A stretch of DNA of 20,000 nt from an uncultured virus (IMG/VR IMGVR_UViG_3300037237_000057) (lineage: Duplodnaviria; Heunggongvirae; Uroviricota; Caudoviricetes). Shown piece after piece: positions 1 through 8,487 of this stretch. Where the stretch lies: IMG/VR virus record IMGVR_UViG_3300037237_000057. One strand, 5' to 3'. The notes beneath the pieces were generated by a model. That model made no database searches. It had not been told where the DNA came from and saw only the letters and a program-made list of their open reading frames with translations. A program made the translations under genes and the position numbers. Positions within the stretch are counted from its first letter, which is position 1; each line of letters begins with the position of its first letter.

Positions 1-579
1 CAGTTCCGCGTGCTCCCGGGCGAGCTTCATAATTGCGCCCTTGGCTGCCGGGTTGGCTTCGATGGCTGCTTTGAGCGTTTCGTCCCCCTTGAGGATGTCA
101 TTCATCATCTGCGGGGTGATGGTCGGAGCTTCATCGAGCGAGTACGTCTCGGCTTCGGCTGCTGGGACTTCCGCCTCGGCTGCCTTGTCGTCGACCTTGG
201 GAGCTTCGGCCGCGGGGGCGTCGGCTACCGGTGCAACCTCTGCCGGGGGCGCTTCGGTCCCGGCCCACGGTGAATCGTCCTTGATCTCTACGCCGGGGTT
301 TGCTGCCTTGAAATCTTCGAGTTGCTGCCGCCAGGTTACTTCGGCCTGGTAGGACTCAACCGCATTGCCGTACTCGCTTGCGTTGAGCTTTGCTGGAGGC
401 TGAGGGCCTGCTGGCGCAGCTGGCGGGACGCCTGCCGCTGGTGTTGCCGTGGGTGGCGGCGATGCGACAGGCGCTGAGGTAGGGGCTGGGGGTGCTGCGG
501 CTGCGGGTGCGGCTGGTGGAGCGGCCGGCGCCGGTGCTGCGGCTGCCGGCGCGCTGGGAACGACTGGAGTTGATGCCAT
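1..579 (-). CDS. Probable capsid scaffolding protein, N-terminal part (runs off the window edge; absent from the ORF track)
   Basis: AAGGAG RBS precedes ATG at 579. The frame is open for 193 codons to position 1: MASTPVVPSAPAAAAPAPAAPP...EYGNAVESYQAEVTWRQQLEDFK...LKAAIEANPAAKGAIMKLAREHAEL. A Pro/Ala then acidic disordered N-terminus followed by helices, two genes after the portal, fits a scaffold. Confidence 0.65.
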   Translation of the reverse strand, partial: MASTPVVPSAPAAAAPAPAAPPAAPAAAAPPAPTSAPVASPPPTATPAAGVPPAAPAGPQPPAKLNASEYGNAVESYQAEVTWRQQLEDFKAANPGVEIKDDSPWAGTEAPPAEVAPVADAPAAEAPKVDDKAAEAEVPAAEAETYSLDEAPTITPQMMNDILKGDETLKAAIEANPAAKGAIMKLAREHAEL

Positions 580-627
580 GGGTAACGCTCCTTGAATCTG
601 CGAGGACTTGCCCCGTCAGGTTGAGAA

Positions 628-1800
628 TTACTTGTTGATCTGGCCGGTTGCGGTGTTGACCTTTCCGGCGAGTTGGGCTGCCTTACTGTCATCCGCGATC
701 TGCTGATTCGTGGGCTGGATAGGCACCACGGTCGATCTCGGCATAGAAGAAGATACCGGCTCGTGGATCCGAGGGGCGACTGAAGTAGGGCCCTCCGTTG
801 CCGGCTCGCCTCTCATCCCCGCCCGTTGCGCAGCCTCAACAGACGCCATGTTGGCTGGATTTTCTGGGAAAACAGGCAGCCCACCGCTCACTGGACTTCC
901 AGGGTATGCCGTCGGATAGTTTTTCCCGATTCTGACGAGGCGATCTCGAACGTAACCAGCGGAATCGCCGCCCTCAACGAAGAAGACTGGCCCACCCGCC
1001 TCGCTCTCCGGCTCGATTTTCACGATCTGGAGCAGGTTGGGATTTATCTTCCCGTCGCTCTCAATCACGCGGACCTGATCCCCAGCCTTCAACTGTGGAC
1101 CCACATTGTAGGAGCCGGGGTAGTCAGTTCCGTCGCCGGTCTCGGTCCAATGATCGGCTCCGTCTGGATAGCGCAGACTGCCTGATCCGGGTTTTTCATT
1201 GACCAGCTTATCGACGACTGCGGTTGAGATCAGCGTTGCAGGTGGATGCTGGTGCGCGAGATTACGCAGCCGCGAATCCCTGTCGATGTCGCTTTCGAGC
1301 ACTTGGCGCTGATCCAGAGGCACATGAATTCCCGGTGTGCCGACGAGTGCCGGATCGATGGCCGACACGGCCGGCCTGTTGTTGTATGGAGCAAAGCCAG
1401 CACGGCCGGCAGGAACTGGTGCCCCACCATATGCCTGCTCATGTCCCTCTGGATAGCCTCCCGAGCCTGGGGCTACCGAGCCCGGATGGTCACCTAAACG
1501 GTTGTTCCATTCCAAAGCATCCGCATGATCGGCAAGCAGTGCCGCGTGTGCGTCATTCACGGGAAGATCGAACCAACCGTAGCCGGCGCCTGCGTTGAGG
1601 GGAGGAACGCCAAGTTGGACAGTTCCAACCTTGCGGGTTGCGCCCGAAAGGACGAGTGTGGGTCCGCTGGTTGGGTCCGCGTACAGCACGGAAAGAAATT
1701 CCCGGCCGTCTGCCTGTAACTGCGAGCTCACAACCAGCGCAGGAACTGCTACGCCGTTGCGAACGAGGACTACAAGGTCATTGAATCTTTTCTGTGCCAT
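628..1800 (-). CDS. Hypothetical phage head-region protein (390 aa) with an SH3/KOW-like segment (LKAGDQVRVIE...) and Pro/Gly-rich linkers
   Basis: Strong RBS (TAAGGAG) right after the portal stop; lies between portal and scaffold. Function not recognised. Confidence 0.75.
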   Translation of the reverse strand: MAQKRFNDLVVLVRNGVAVPALVVSSQLQADGREFLSVLYADPTSGPTLVLSGATRKVGTVQLGVPPLNAGAGYGWFDLPVNDAHAALLADHADALEWNNRLGDHPGSVAPGSGGYPEGHEQAYGGAPVPAGRAGFAPYNNRPAVSAIDPALVGTPGIHVPLDQRQVLESDIDRDSRLRNLAHQHPPATLISTAVVDKLVNEKPGSGSLRYPDGADHWTETGDGTDYPGSYNVGPQLKAGDQVRVIESDGKINPNLLQIVKIEPESEAGGPVFFVEGGDSAGYVRDRLVRIGKNYPTAYPGSPVSGGLPVFPENPANMASVEAAQRAGMRGEPATEGPTSVAPRIHEPVSSSMPRSTVVPIQPTNQQIADDSKAAQLAGKVNTATGQINK

Positions 1801-1811
1801 GTTGATTCTCC

Positions 1812-4400
1812 TTATTGCGGTGTTAGAAACTTTGCTACTTTGTCGACGAGCTCTTTTCCTGCACTTACCTGTCCAGCAATCGAGTCACTCGGTCCCAGCG
1901 GAGGCATCTTACTTTGCTTCGAGAGATTGGCCATCGCGCCCATTGCATCTTGGAGGGCTGCTGCTTCCAACTGCTGCACCGTTGGGTTCGGCTGCGGCGG
2001 AGGCGGCTGCCCTTCCTTCTGGGCCTGCATGGCCAACTTGTTCATGTATCCCTTAACTTGCGACTGGTAATCGATGGCAAGCCGTTTGAATGCAATGATA
2101 TTAGCCCATCCCATCGGATTTTGGGCCTTCACGTCGCAGTTTTCTGCACAGAATTGGTCAATGGTTGGAAGAAGAATCGAGTAATCCTCCACCCACTTGT
2201 TCGGCGCGATCGACGGCTGGAACATCGGAGAGCCATCGTCCGGGTCGGTCATCTGCTTGCCATTCGGCCCAATCTTCGGCGTGGGAGGCGTCTGGAGCAA
2301 CCGGCGAATGTCCTGAAGGGTCTTCGAACGCTGTGCCGCGCCGGGAGCAACCGACCCAGGCAGGCCCCAGTAATCGTTGAGTAGTTGCTGGTTGGCGGTC
2401 TCATCGAGCCATGCAATTGCAGCCGGATTCTCTTTCTCGGCCATCTCCATGATGGTTTCGCACCACTGGCGCTTCTGCTCAGGCGTCATCGGCAGGCCTT
2501 CATCGGTGTTGGCCTTGACTCTTACCCTGCCCTGCATTTCGTCCAGATGGACGTAGTTGTTGCGGAACTCTGACCCGTTCTCCTCAATCACCGACCAGAG
2601 CGAGCCAGTGTAGCTCATATTGGCCTGGAGGCATTCAATCGCGTTCTGGCCGGCTGCCGCGTGCTCCTCCTTCATGGAGTCGTAGATGTCGCCAAGTGGG
2701 CCCATAGCCTGATCAAGCATCTGTTTCTGACCCTTGCCGGTCTCAACTCCCTCCTGTGTGCCGGTGCCAGAGACCTGTGGGGGGATGCCCGAGATGATCT
2801 GGCAATAATTCCAGAGACGGTCGAGATAGTTCATCAGCCCGGGGTCCATCTGGAACTGGAAATGAAAGATGGCATTTCCAAGGGGCTGCGTCACACCCTC
2901 ACCGACTGATGGGGTGGGGTTGAGCACTCCACCAGTCAGAGGCTTCCCGCTCATCTCTCGAATGTCGATGCGGCGCGGATCGACGAGAGTGATGCCTGTC
3001 GAGCACCGCTCCATGTAGTCGTCGAGGATGTTGTTGATGGCGTTGAACCGCTCATTGAACGGGACCACGTTATCAGCCACGCTTGGCGGATAGAGCCCGT
3101 AGCCGCGGTGCAGCTTGCAGCAGGACCATTCTTTGATGAGCACGGCAGGCTCGATGTTGAGCACCAGAGGCCCGTACATGGAAATCTTTAGGCCATAAGG
3201 GAATTTGGCCTGCAGGAGCCGGATAAACTCGTCGTCGTTGCGAATCCGGTAGTACGAATTCGGCTGGACCCAGATGAGCGAGTAGGTGCCGCGCGCCGAA
3301 AAGATGTCGGCAGTGACCGAGAATGAAGACGAGAAGACCATCGTTCGAACAAGCCTTTCGTAACTGGCATTGTCGTTTGTGGCGCTCTCTACGCCCTCCT
3401 CAATCTCGTTAGCCATGTCGGGGAAAGTGGCGCGAATGTCTGAAGCATCTGCCTCCCACTCAAGGGCCAGCAGGGGCACATCCTCCAAATACTCTTTGGT
3501 GGGGTCGGTATCGATCTGGAGCGGGGAGTAGATGCTCCACTTGGGCAGCCCGTTCGGCTTCTTCTTGGTGCCGACCTGGCCAATGACGCTCGAGGTCTCG
3601 CCCTGCTGGAAGTCTTGGGGATTGAGCGGAGCTCCGCACTGCGGGCACTTCATGGACCCAGACTGCGCAACTGCGCTCTCGGGGCTGTCCTGACCGCAAT
3701 TCAGACAATGGAAGTGATCTTGAGAGATTTGCGCCTGGACCGGGCCGTAGACAGGTTCGTCCTTGTAACCCACCCAGGTCCCGTCGACCACGAAGCGGGT
3801 CCACTTGAAATAGACGCCATAGAGGAAGAGATATTGTGATTCCAGCCCGAGCAGGCCCTTGACCTTGTTTGCCTCCTCGATGATGCTGATGGCCTCTTGG
3901 GCAGCTTTGGCTGTCGTCATGTCAGCCAGATTCTCGGCATTCTCGGGGCGAATGACTACCGGGGGCACCGCGCGCGCGACCGCGGAAGCAAAGTTGCGCC
4001 GGCAGGTCTGGGTGATGTTGTTGATGTACTTTTCGAGATAGCTGTAATCGGTCTCCTGATTGTTCTGCCGGTACCAGGCAACCGCATCGAAGTAGGTCCG
4101 GGAGATAGGGTCCCATCCAAGAATCTGCTTGCCTTTGTCGTACTCTGTGTTTTTCAACCAATTCGGCATCTTCATAATGCGATCGGTTGACCATTGGGTA
4201 CGGAATGGCGAGATGATCTCGGCTACAATCCTGTCCTCTTGCTCTTTGGTCAGCCCAGACTTCCGCGCTACGGCGTCCTTGTCGCCGCGCTGGGGATTCT
4301 GCGGGGTGCTCTCAGCGTTGACGAGGGGAGTCTGTTGCTGGCCTTGCATCTGTGGCATTCCGCCAGACTGCATGGTTAGAACGGGAGGGCTAGCCGCCAT
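1812..4400 (-). CDS. Probable phage portal protein (862 aa, large podovirus/P22-like type) with a CxxC...CxxC insertion
   Basis: Size and position before the scaffold. Motifs resemble large portals: YINNITQTCRRNFASAV, P.V.IRPE...D..TAKAA, SPLQI, IISGIPPQVSG..., and a Q/P-rich C-terminal tail. AAGGAAG upstream. Confidence 0.8.
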   Translation of the reverse strand: MAASPPVLTMQSGGMPQMQGQQQTPLVNAESTPQNPQRGDKDAVARKSGLTKEQEDRIVAEIISPFRTQWSTDRIMKMPNWLKNTEYDKGKQILGWDPISRTYFDAVAWYRQNNQETDYSYLEKYINNITQTCRRNFASAVARAVPPVVIRPENAENLADMTTAKAAQEAISIIEEANKVKGLLGLESQYLFLYGVYFKWTRFVVDGTWVGYKDEPVYGPVQAQISQDHFHCLNCGQDSPESAVAQSGSMKCPQCGAPLNPQDFQQGETSSVIGQVGTKKKPNGLPKWSIYSPLQIDTDPTKEYLEDVPLLALEWEADASDIRATFPDMANEIEEGVESATNDNASYERLVRTMVFSSSFSVTADIFSARGTYSLIWVQPNSYYRIRNDDEFIRLLQAKFPYGLKISMYGPLVLNIEPAVLIKEWSCCKLHRGYGLYPPSVADNVVPFNERFNAINNILDDYMERCSTGITLVDPRRIDIREMSGKPLTGGVLNPTPSVGEGVTQPLGNAIFHFQFQMDPGLMNYLDRLWNYCQIISGIPPQVSGTGTQEGVETGKGQKQMLDQAMGPLGDIYDSMKEEHAAAGQNAIECLQANMSYTGSLWSVIEENGSEFRNNYVHLDEMQGRVRVKANTDEGLPMTPEQKRQWCETIMEMAEKENPAAIAWLDETANQQLLNDYWGLPGSVAPGAAQRSKTLQDIRRLLQTPPTPKIGPNGKQMTDPDDGSPMFQPSIAPNKWVEDYSILLPTIDQFCAENCDVKAQNPMGWANIIAFKRLAIDYQSQVKGYMNKLAMQAQKEGQPPPPQPNPTVQQLEAAALQDAMGAMANLSKQSKMPPLGPSDSIAGQVSAGKELVDKVAKFLTPQ

Positions 4401-4710
4401 TGACTTCCTTCTTTATATGCAGGAGTTTGTCGCGTGCTTCTTGCAAGACCTTCGCCGGGCTTGGTCCACCCGTCTGCGATGCCTTGAATGCGTCTCGATT
4501 GGCAATGCCGATGACGTTTGCAATGGTCGGCCTGCCGCCTATGGGCTGGATGGTTGAGAGATCCGTATTCTCGTCGAGAGCAAGGGGAGCCGGTTCGCGC
4601 TGGAGGTAATCGAGAAACTTCTGGCGCATGGATTCGAGTGCCTCCTCGGCCTTCTGCGCCCGTGTCCGTTCCTCGTCAAACCTCTCGCGCGAGACGAATG
4701 GGAATCTCAT
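4390..4710 (-). CDS. Hypothetical protein (106 aa) with N-terminal coiled coil
   Basis: TAATG coupling to the upstream gene; overlaps the portal start by 11 nt. Confidence 0.7.
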   Translation of the reverse strand: MRFPFVSRERFDEERTRAQKAEEALESMRQKFLDYLQREPAPLALDENTDLSTIQPIGGRPTIANVIGIANRDAFKASQTGGPSPAKVLQEARDKLLHIKKEVNGG

Positions 4711-5123
4711 TAGTTGTATTCCGTGACCAGCACGCTGGTTGCAGCCGCCGTGCCCGAGCGAAGCTGAATCATGGTTGTAGCCGCGGTGAGACCTGGGGGG
4801 TTGTTGCCGACAATCGGCTGCCCGAGTTGGCCGATAATCTCACCCTGATACATGCGCTGTGCAATCGCTGATCCGAGCGCAATGGGAAGTGAGCCTTCGG
4901 GACCCGTGGCGCGAAAGATGGTAGTGAATCCGAGCACAGAGTTGTCGTCGGGAATTCTGTAATCAATCACTCCCTGGGGCGTGCTGGCCACTCCCTCGGC
5001 ATTGATGGCGCTCTCTTTGATGAGGAGACCGCGCACCGTAGACTTGGCCAGCACGGAGACAAATGCTCCGGCGCTGCCGTTGAGATCGAGAATGTACTCG
5101 TTGCCTGCCTGGCCCTGGGGCAT
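4710..5123 (-). CDS. Hypothetical beta-rich protein (137 aa), possibly a small virion protein
   Basis: ATG immediately follows the upstream TAG. Alternating beta pattern ending SVLVTEYN. Confidence 0.7.
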   Translation of the reverse strand: MPQGQAGNEYILDLNGSAGAFVSVLAKSTVRGLLIKESAINAEGVASTPQGVIDYRIPDDNSVLGFTTIFRATGPEGSLPIALGSAIAQRMYQGEIIGQLGQPIVGNNPPGLTAATTMIQLRSGTAAATSVLVTEYN

Positions 5124-5495
5124 CTATTTGCCTGCTTTCTTGGCCGTAATCCGCTTGCCCGGCCGCATCTGTCCCTTTTCCGGGACGTTGGTGGGGGTCT
5201 CGTCGGGAGCCTGAGAACTCTTGCCTGCGGGTTTCATCCAACTCTTTTTCATGGTTGCCTCTTTTTTCTCCCCTTTACGATTAACGTACTCGCAGCAGCC
5301 GCCCGGGTCCACGACTACGCGCCCATTCTCAGTCTTCGGCAGCTTTGAGCGTTCCATCATCGTAGACTGGCCGCACGAGCCTTTCGAATAGAATTCACAG
5401 TTGGAGCAAGAAAAAGGACCCTTTTCGGGTCCTTCATAGCCTGTACCGGCCTCGCCCTTTACGTGCGAGGAGTCTATCTGGATTTCCTTCAACAT
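5124..5495 (-). CDS. Cys-motif protein (about 123 aa) with a HiPIP-like Y..CxxCxFY..C..VxPxGCC pattern and a basic tail
   Basis: Start reassigned to ATG 5495 (or TTG 5492), overlapping the lysozyme stop. The track start at 5615 lies deep inside the lysozyme gene. Confidence 0.65.
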   Translation of the reverse strand: MLKEIQIDSSHVKGEAGTGYEGPEKGPFSCSNCEFYSKGSCGQSTMMERSKLPKTENGRVVVDPGGCCEYVNRKGEKKEATMKKSWMKPAGKSSQAPDETPTNVPEKGQMRPGKRITAKKAGK

Positions 5496-5926
5496 GACGT
5501 GTTGAACAGAACAACCTCCCTGGCACGCCTCGCTGCGAGTCCTGCCGACTGAACTTCTACGCCCTTTACTTCTTCCCAATCCCATCGCGGCATCTGAACA
5601 GGGACTTGATCCCATCCATGAGAGAGCATCACCGCAAAGTTGGCGGGCCCTTCGTTGTAGCAGAAGTCAGCGCAAGCATCATACTGATTTTGATTGGCTG
5701 TGGGTGGAAGAAGTCGATTGAGTGTCGGCTCAAACCGCGTTGATAGATCGGCAATCAGGAGAGCAACAGCCGCTTGCTGCGTGATGCCGTTTGCATAATT
5801 CGCAGAGTCTCCCGCCTGTAGATCGTGACCGTAACCGATTTGCTGCTTGCTATTGTCCGCAGCGATCTTCAGTGAAAGACCTTCGCTGCTTTCGATCAGT
5901 TCCAGTCCAGTCTGGCTCGTCTTCAT
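5489..5926 (-). CDS. Endolysin, GH24 (T4/P21-like) lysozyme, 145 aa
   Basis: MKTSQTGLELIESSEGL...D...IGYGH, ITQQAA..LL..DL, NQNQYDA..DF.YN.G and GLAARRARE..LF are typical GH24 motifs. GGGAG RBS before ATG 5926. Confidence 0.92.
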   Translation of the reverse strand: MKTSQTGLELIESSEGLSLKIAADNSKQQIGYGHDLQAGDSANYANGITQQAAVALLIADLSTRFEPTLNRLLPPTANQNQYDACADFCYNEGPANFAVMLSHGWDQVPVQMPRWDWEEVKGVEVQSAGLAARRAREVVLFNTSC

Positions 5927-6002
5927 CTGGCTCCCATTCGTCTCTAAGCATTCCAATGCAGAGGACCGCCAAAATCAGGAAGATCGCGGCGATCCCCTTC
6001 AT
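5850..6002 (-). CDS. Putative small single-pass membrane protein (50 aa; MKGIAAIFLILAVLCIGMLRDEWEPDEDEPDW...), not in the ORF track
   Basis: ATG 6 nt after the upstream stop fills the gap in the operon. Hydrophobic N-terminus followed by an acidic segment. Overlaps the lysozyme 5' end by 77 nt. Confidence 0.45.
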   Translation of the reverse strand: MKGIAAIFLILAVLCIGMLRDEWEPDEDEPDWTGTDRKQRRSFTEDRCGQ

Positions 6003-6008
6003 TGTCTA

Positions 6009-6251
6009 TTATCCAACCGTTTCAGCGATCAGCGCGGAAATCTTGCCTTTCACGGTTTCGGCCGATATGAAAAACGGGGTATTCATCACTTGGATGGTAA
6101 GCGTCGGGTCAATGTAGTGCCACTGAACCTGAACGCCGAACTTGCTGGCTTGGCCGCTTTCTCCCACAATGGGCACTCCAGCGGCTTGAGCCTTGGCAAC
6201 AAGCGCAGCATATTGCGTGGGGTTAATGGTGAATACCTGTGGGGCGTTCAT
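6009..6251 (-). CDS. Hypothetical protein (80 aa)
   Basis: TAATG coupling to the upstream gene; globular alpha/beta-like sequence. Confidence 0.7.
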   Translation of the reverse strand: MNAPQVFTINPTQYAALVAKAQAAGVPIVGESGQASKFGVQVQWHYIDPTLTIQVMNTPFFISAETVKGKISALIAETVG

Positions 6252-6769
6252 TAGACCTTCGCCACGCCCAGCGTTGGATTTGCGGCAGATGCATCATTCC
6301 ATGTCTTCTTGTACTGGCTCTCAGGTGAGTGGAAGATGCTGCGCTTGAAGCTCGGGACGAGTACCTGAACCTTGGCTGTCGTCTCCGCAATCACTTGCGC
6401 AGCGTACATGGCCTGCGTCTCTTCATGCACAGGTACGCCAGCGGGAGGAGCCGGTGCCGGGGAGTTGCCGGTCACAATCCCAATCACGGTTATGATGCCG
6501 CCGAGGATGATGTTGACGAACAGTTGATCCACATCGGGAATGGGCAGCAGTTTGACGGCACCCTGGAAATCTCCGAGGAGTTCGATGACCTCTTGCGCCA
6601 CGGTTCCGCTCTGCCAGTTCTGCAAAGCTGCGAGGGCGGCATTGTAGGCTGTTATGACAGCAATGCCAGCCGTCGTGTTGGTGAGTTTGGTTGCGGCGAG
6701 AATCGAGACTAGAGTCGGCTCGATGCCTTCCATCATTGCGATTGCTGTTTTGACCGCTGCTACACACAT
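6251..6769 (-). CDS. Hydrophobic helical membrane-associated protein (172 aa), lysis region
   Basis: Start reassigned to ATG 6769 (AAGGAG-7nt-ATG). Hydrophobic stretch LFVNIILGGIITVIGIV plus amphipathic helices. Confidence 0.75.
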   Translation of the reverse strand: MCVAAVKTAIAMMEGIEPTLVSILAATKLTNTTAGIAVITAYNAALAALQNWQSGTVAQEVIELLGDFQGAVKLLPIPDVDQLFVNIILGGIITVIGIVTGNSPAPAPPAGVPVHEETQAMYAAQVIAETTAKVQVLVPSFKRSIFHSPESQYKKTWNDASAANPTLGVAKV

Positions 6770-6785
6770 GATGATTCTCCTTTTC

Positions 6786-7082
6786 TTAAAGTGCCGACAG
6801 TTCTTGAATTTGGCGCAATCTTTCACGAAGATCCTCATAATAGCAATCATTCTCTGCGCACCTGTATACCTCAACATCATTCCCCATGCCGGAAAGAGTC
6901 AAGGTGCCAACCTGGATGCAGTTGACGATACCGTTATACCTGCGTTCTTCACACCCGACGCCGTGAACCGGGCCAGACTCAACTTCGGGCAGCTTTACGT
7001 GTTCCTTGCCACCCCAGAAGAAGTGATCTCCAACTTCCAATTCGGAAAAGCGAAGAGTCTTGGGATGATGCTGTTTTGGCAT
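6786..7082 (-). CDS. Hypothetical protein (98 aa)
   Basis: AGGAGG RBS before ATG. Begins with an F.EL.VGD.F pattern common in small phage proteins. Confidence 0.75.
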   Translation of the reverse strand: MPKQHHPKTLRFSELEVGDHFFWGGKEHVKLPEVESGPVHGVGCEERRYNGIVNCIQVGTLTLSGMGNDVEVYRCAENDCYYEDLRERLRQIQELSAL

Positions 7083-7090
7083 AAAGCCTC

Positions 7091-7333
7091 CTATTTATTG
7101 CGGTCATAAAGGAAATCATCAACTGCTAACTGCCGTTTCCCGAAGTCTGGGTGCATATCGCCTCTCCATGCACTTGGTTGGCCTTGATGAGCCTCCCCTA
7201 AAATCAGCAGCACAGCGCGATAGATCATCGGTTTCCAGCTAGAAAACCAACAACAGCTAGGATTGGCCAGCACCATGGCGGCTCTCGTTAGGCCGTCTTT
7301 ATAGCCCCGCTCGTATTCTATCGCCGCTTTCAT
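7091..7333 (-). CDS. Hypothetical protein (80 aa)
   Basis: ATGA overlap with the upstream gene and AAGGAG upstream. YERGYKDG motif. Confidence 0.65.
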   Translation of the reverse strand: MKAAIEYERGYKDGLTRAAMVLANPSCCWFSSWKPMIYRAVLLILGEAHQGQPSAWRGDMHPDFGKRQLAVDDFLYDRNK

Positions 7334-7701
7334 TCTGTCGGCTCCTTGACTGCCGGGGGCGGCAAGATCACTGTGGTCCTCGACAGCGTTGTAGCTACCG
7401 CCGTAGCTTCCGATTCATTCGGTAACGGAGATTTTACGAGAACCGATGCAGGCCCAGCGGAGGCATCAGAAAGAATGTTCTTTGCCGCGCCTTGGCTTGA
7501 GCTGTCACGGCTATATTTCATAATGATTCCGGCAATCAATATCACGTTGGCGATGATCTTCGGGTGGTGGACGAAAGCAGAAACGAGCAGACTGCGTACC
7601 TGTTCGTCAGAGGTGATGAGGGTCGCCCCGGCGATTAAAAAGGCGACGATAGTGTGACTCGTAATGTTCTTAGACTTAAACCAAGCAACAATGCTGTTCA
7701 T
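7330..7701 (-). CDS. Putative holin (about 123 aa; two hydrophobic segments and a polar C-terminal tail)
   Basis: TIVAFLIAGATLIT and IIANVILIAGIIM segments. Directly follows the peptidase via TGATG coupling; alternative GTG start at 7704. Confidence 0.55.
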   Translation of the reverse strand: MNSIVAWFKSKNITSHTIVAFLIAGATLITSDEQVRSLLVSAFVHHPKIIANVILIAGIIMKYSRDSSSQGAAKNILSDASAGPASVLVKSPLPNESEATAVATTLSRTTVILPPPAVKEPTE

Positions 7702-8477
7702 CACGCCGCCTTCATTGCCGCCACAAGGCTGTTGAGGTTGATACCCAGCGGGTCCACGTTCTGTTGGTTGAGGAAGGTATCAGAGACCACAATATAGCCC
7801 TCGTCGATGTAACTCCCCATGAAGCCAGCCGACGCCGGGATAAATAATCCCCAAGAGCGCATCTTTGCGCCTTGCGATCCCTCACCCGCCTGATCGATGC
7901 AGTGGCCCCCAGCGGATGGCAGTCCGGGCGCAAAGTTCCAGTTTGTTGTATCGTCCTCGCATTGCTGTGGACATTGAATGCCCAAGTAGCTGCCCCCGAA
8001 GGTATATGCCGCCCAGCGCATCAGAGCGAAGCTGGAAATATCGAGCGATGCCCATCCAACTATCTGGCTTAACCGGCTCTTGCCTGAGCGCGTGGTGACC
8101 TCGAAGCCGGTATTCTTCCAATAATCAAGCGCGATAGTCAAAACGCCGCCGTTGTCGGTTGGATTGTTTCCTGATGGCCCTGCGTTTGGATCGAACCCCG
8201 TCACGGCACTGTAGAGAGCGAGTGCCTGAGCCGTGGTGGGCACAATCGGGTCTGACGGGTCGGCATTGTTGCTCTGTATCTGAGCAAGACCGTAGGCACC
8301 CGCAAATGGACAGTCGCCCCAAAGATCGTTTCCGAGCACGCTCATCTCCGATTGCGGTACCGCGAATTCCCATCCCTGAGCAGGCACCGGAGGCCAAGTG
8401 GCAACCGCCGTCATGTGGTCAGACAGCGCAACGTGGGTTGGTTTGTGAACTGGGGCGAGCTTGCCAAGTTTAAGCAT
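7701..8477 (-). CDS. Papain-like (C1-related) cysteine peptidase, 258 aa, candidate second endolysin
   Basis: GNDLWGDCPFA (catalytic Cys), DNGG, GGHC (His) and SWG motifs in papain order. AGGAGG RBS. Flanked by membrane-protein genes. Confidence 0.75.
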   Translation of the reverse strand: MLKLGKLAPVHKPTHVALSDHMTAVATWPPVPAQGWEFAVPQSEMSVLGNDLWGDCPFAGAYGLAQIQSNNADPSDPIVPTTAQALALYSAVTGFDPNAGPSGNNPTDNGGVLTIALDYWKNTGFEVTTRSGKSRLSQIVGWASLDISSFALMRWAAYTFGGSYLGIQCPQQCEDDTTNWNFAPGLPSAGGHCIDQAGEGSQGAKMRSWGLFIPASAGFMGSYIDEGYIVVSDTFLNQQNVDPLGINLNSLVAAMKAA

Positions 8478-8487
8478 TTCTATCCTC

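Noticed and set aside
400..560. GCN/CCN-rich quasi-repeats as a CRISPR or tandem array
   Set aside because: They are explained by Pro/Ala low-complexity coding, with no fixed repeat-spacer period.
580..627. Possible terminator or structured RNA before the scaffold gene
   Set aside because: Only a weak GGGGC/GTCCT pairing and no U-tract.
336..692. 118-aa Gln/Pro/Arg-rich minus-strand ORF
   Set aside because: It is an alternative frame of the Pro/Ala-rich scaffold N-terminus. The RBS supports ATG 579 in another frame.
5958..6002. LAVLC as a lipoprotein signal in the 50-aa ORF
   Set aside because: Leu at the -1 position does not fit the [GAS]-C lipobox.
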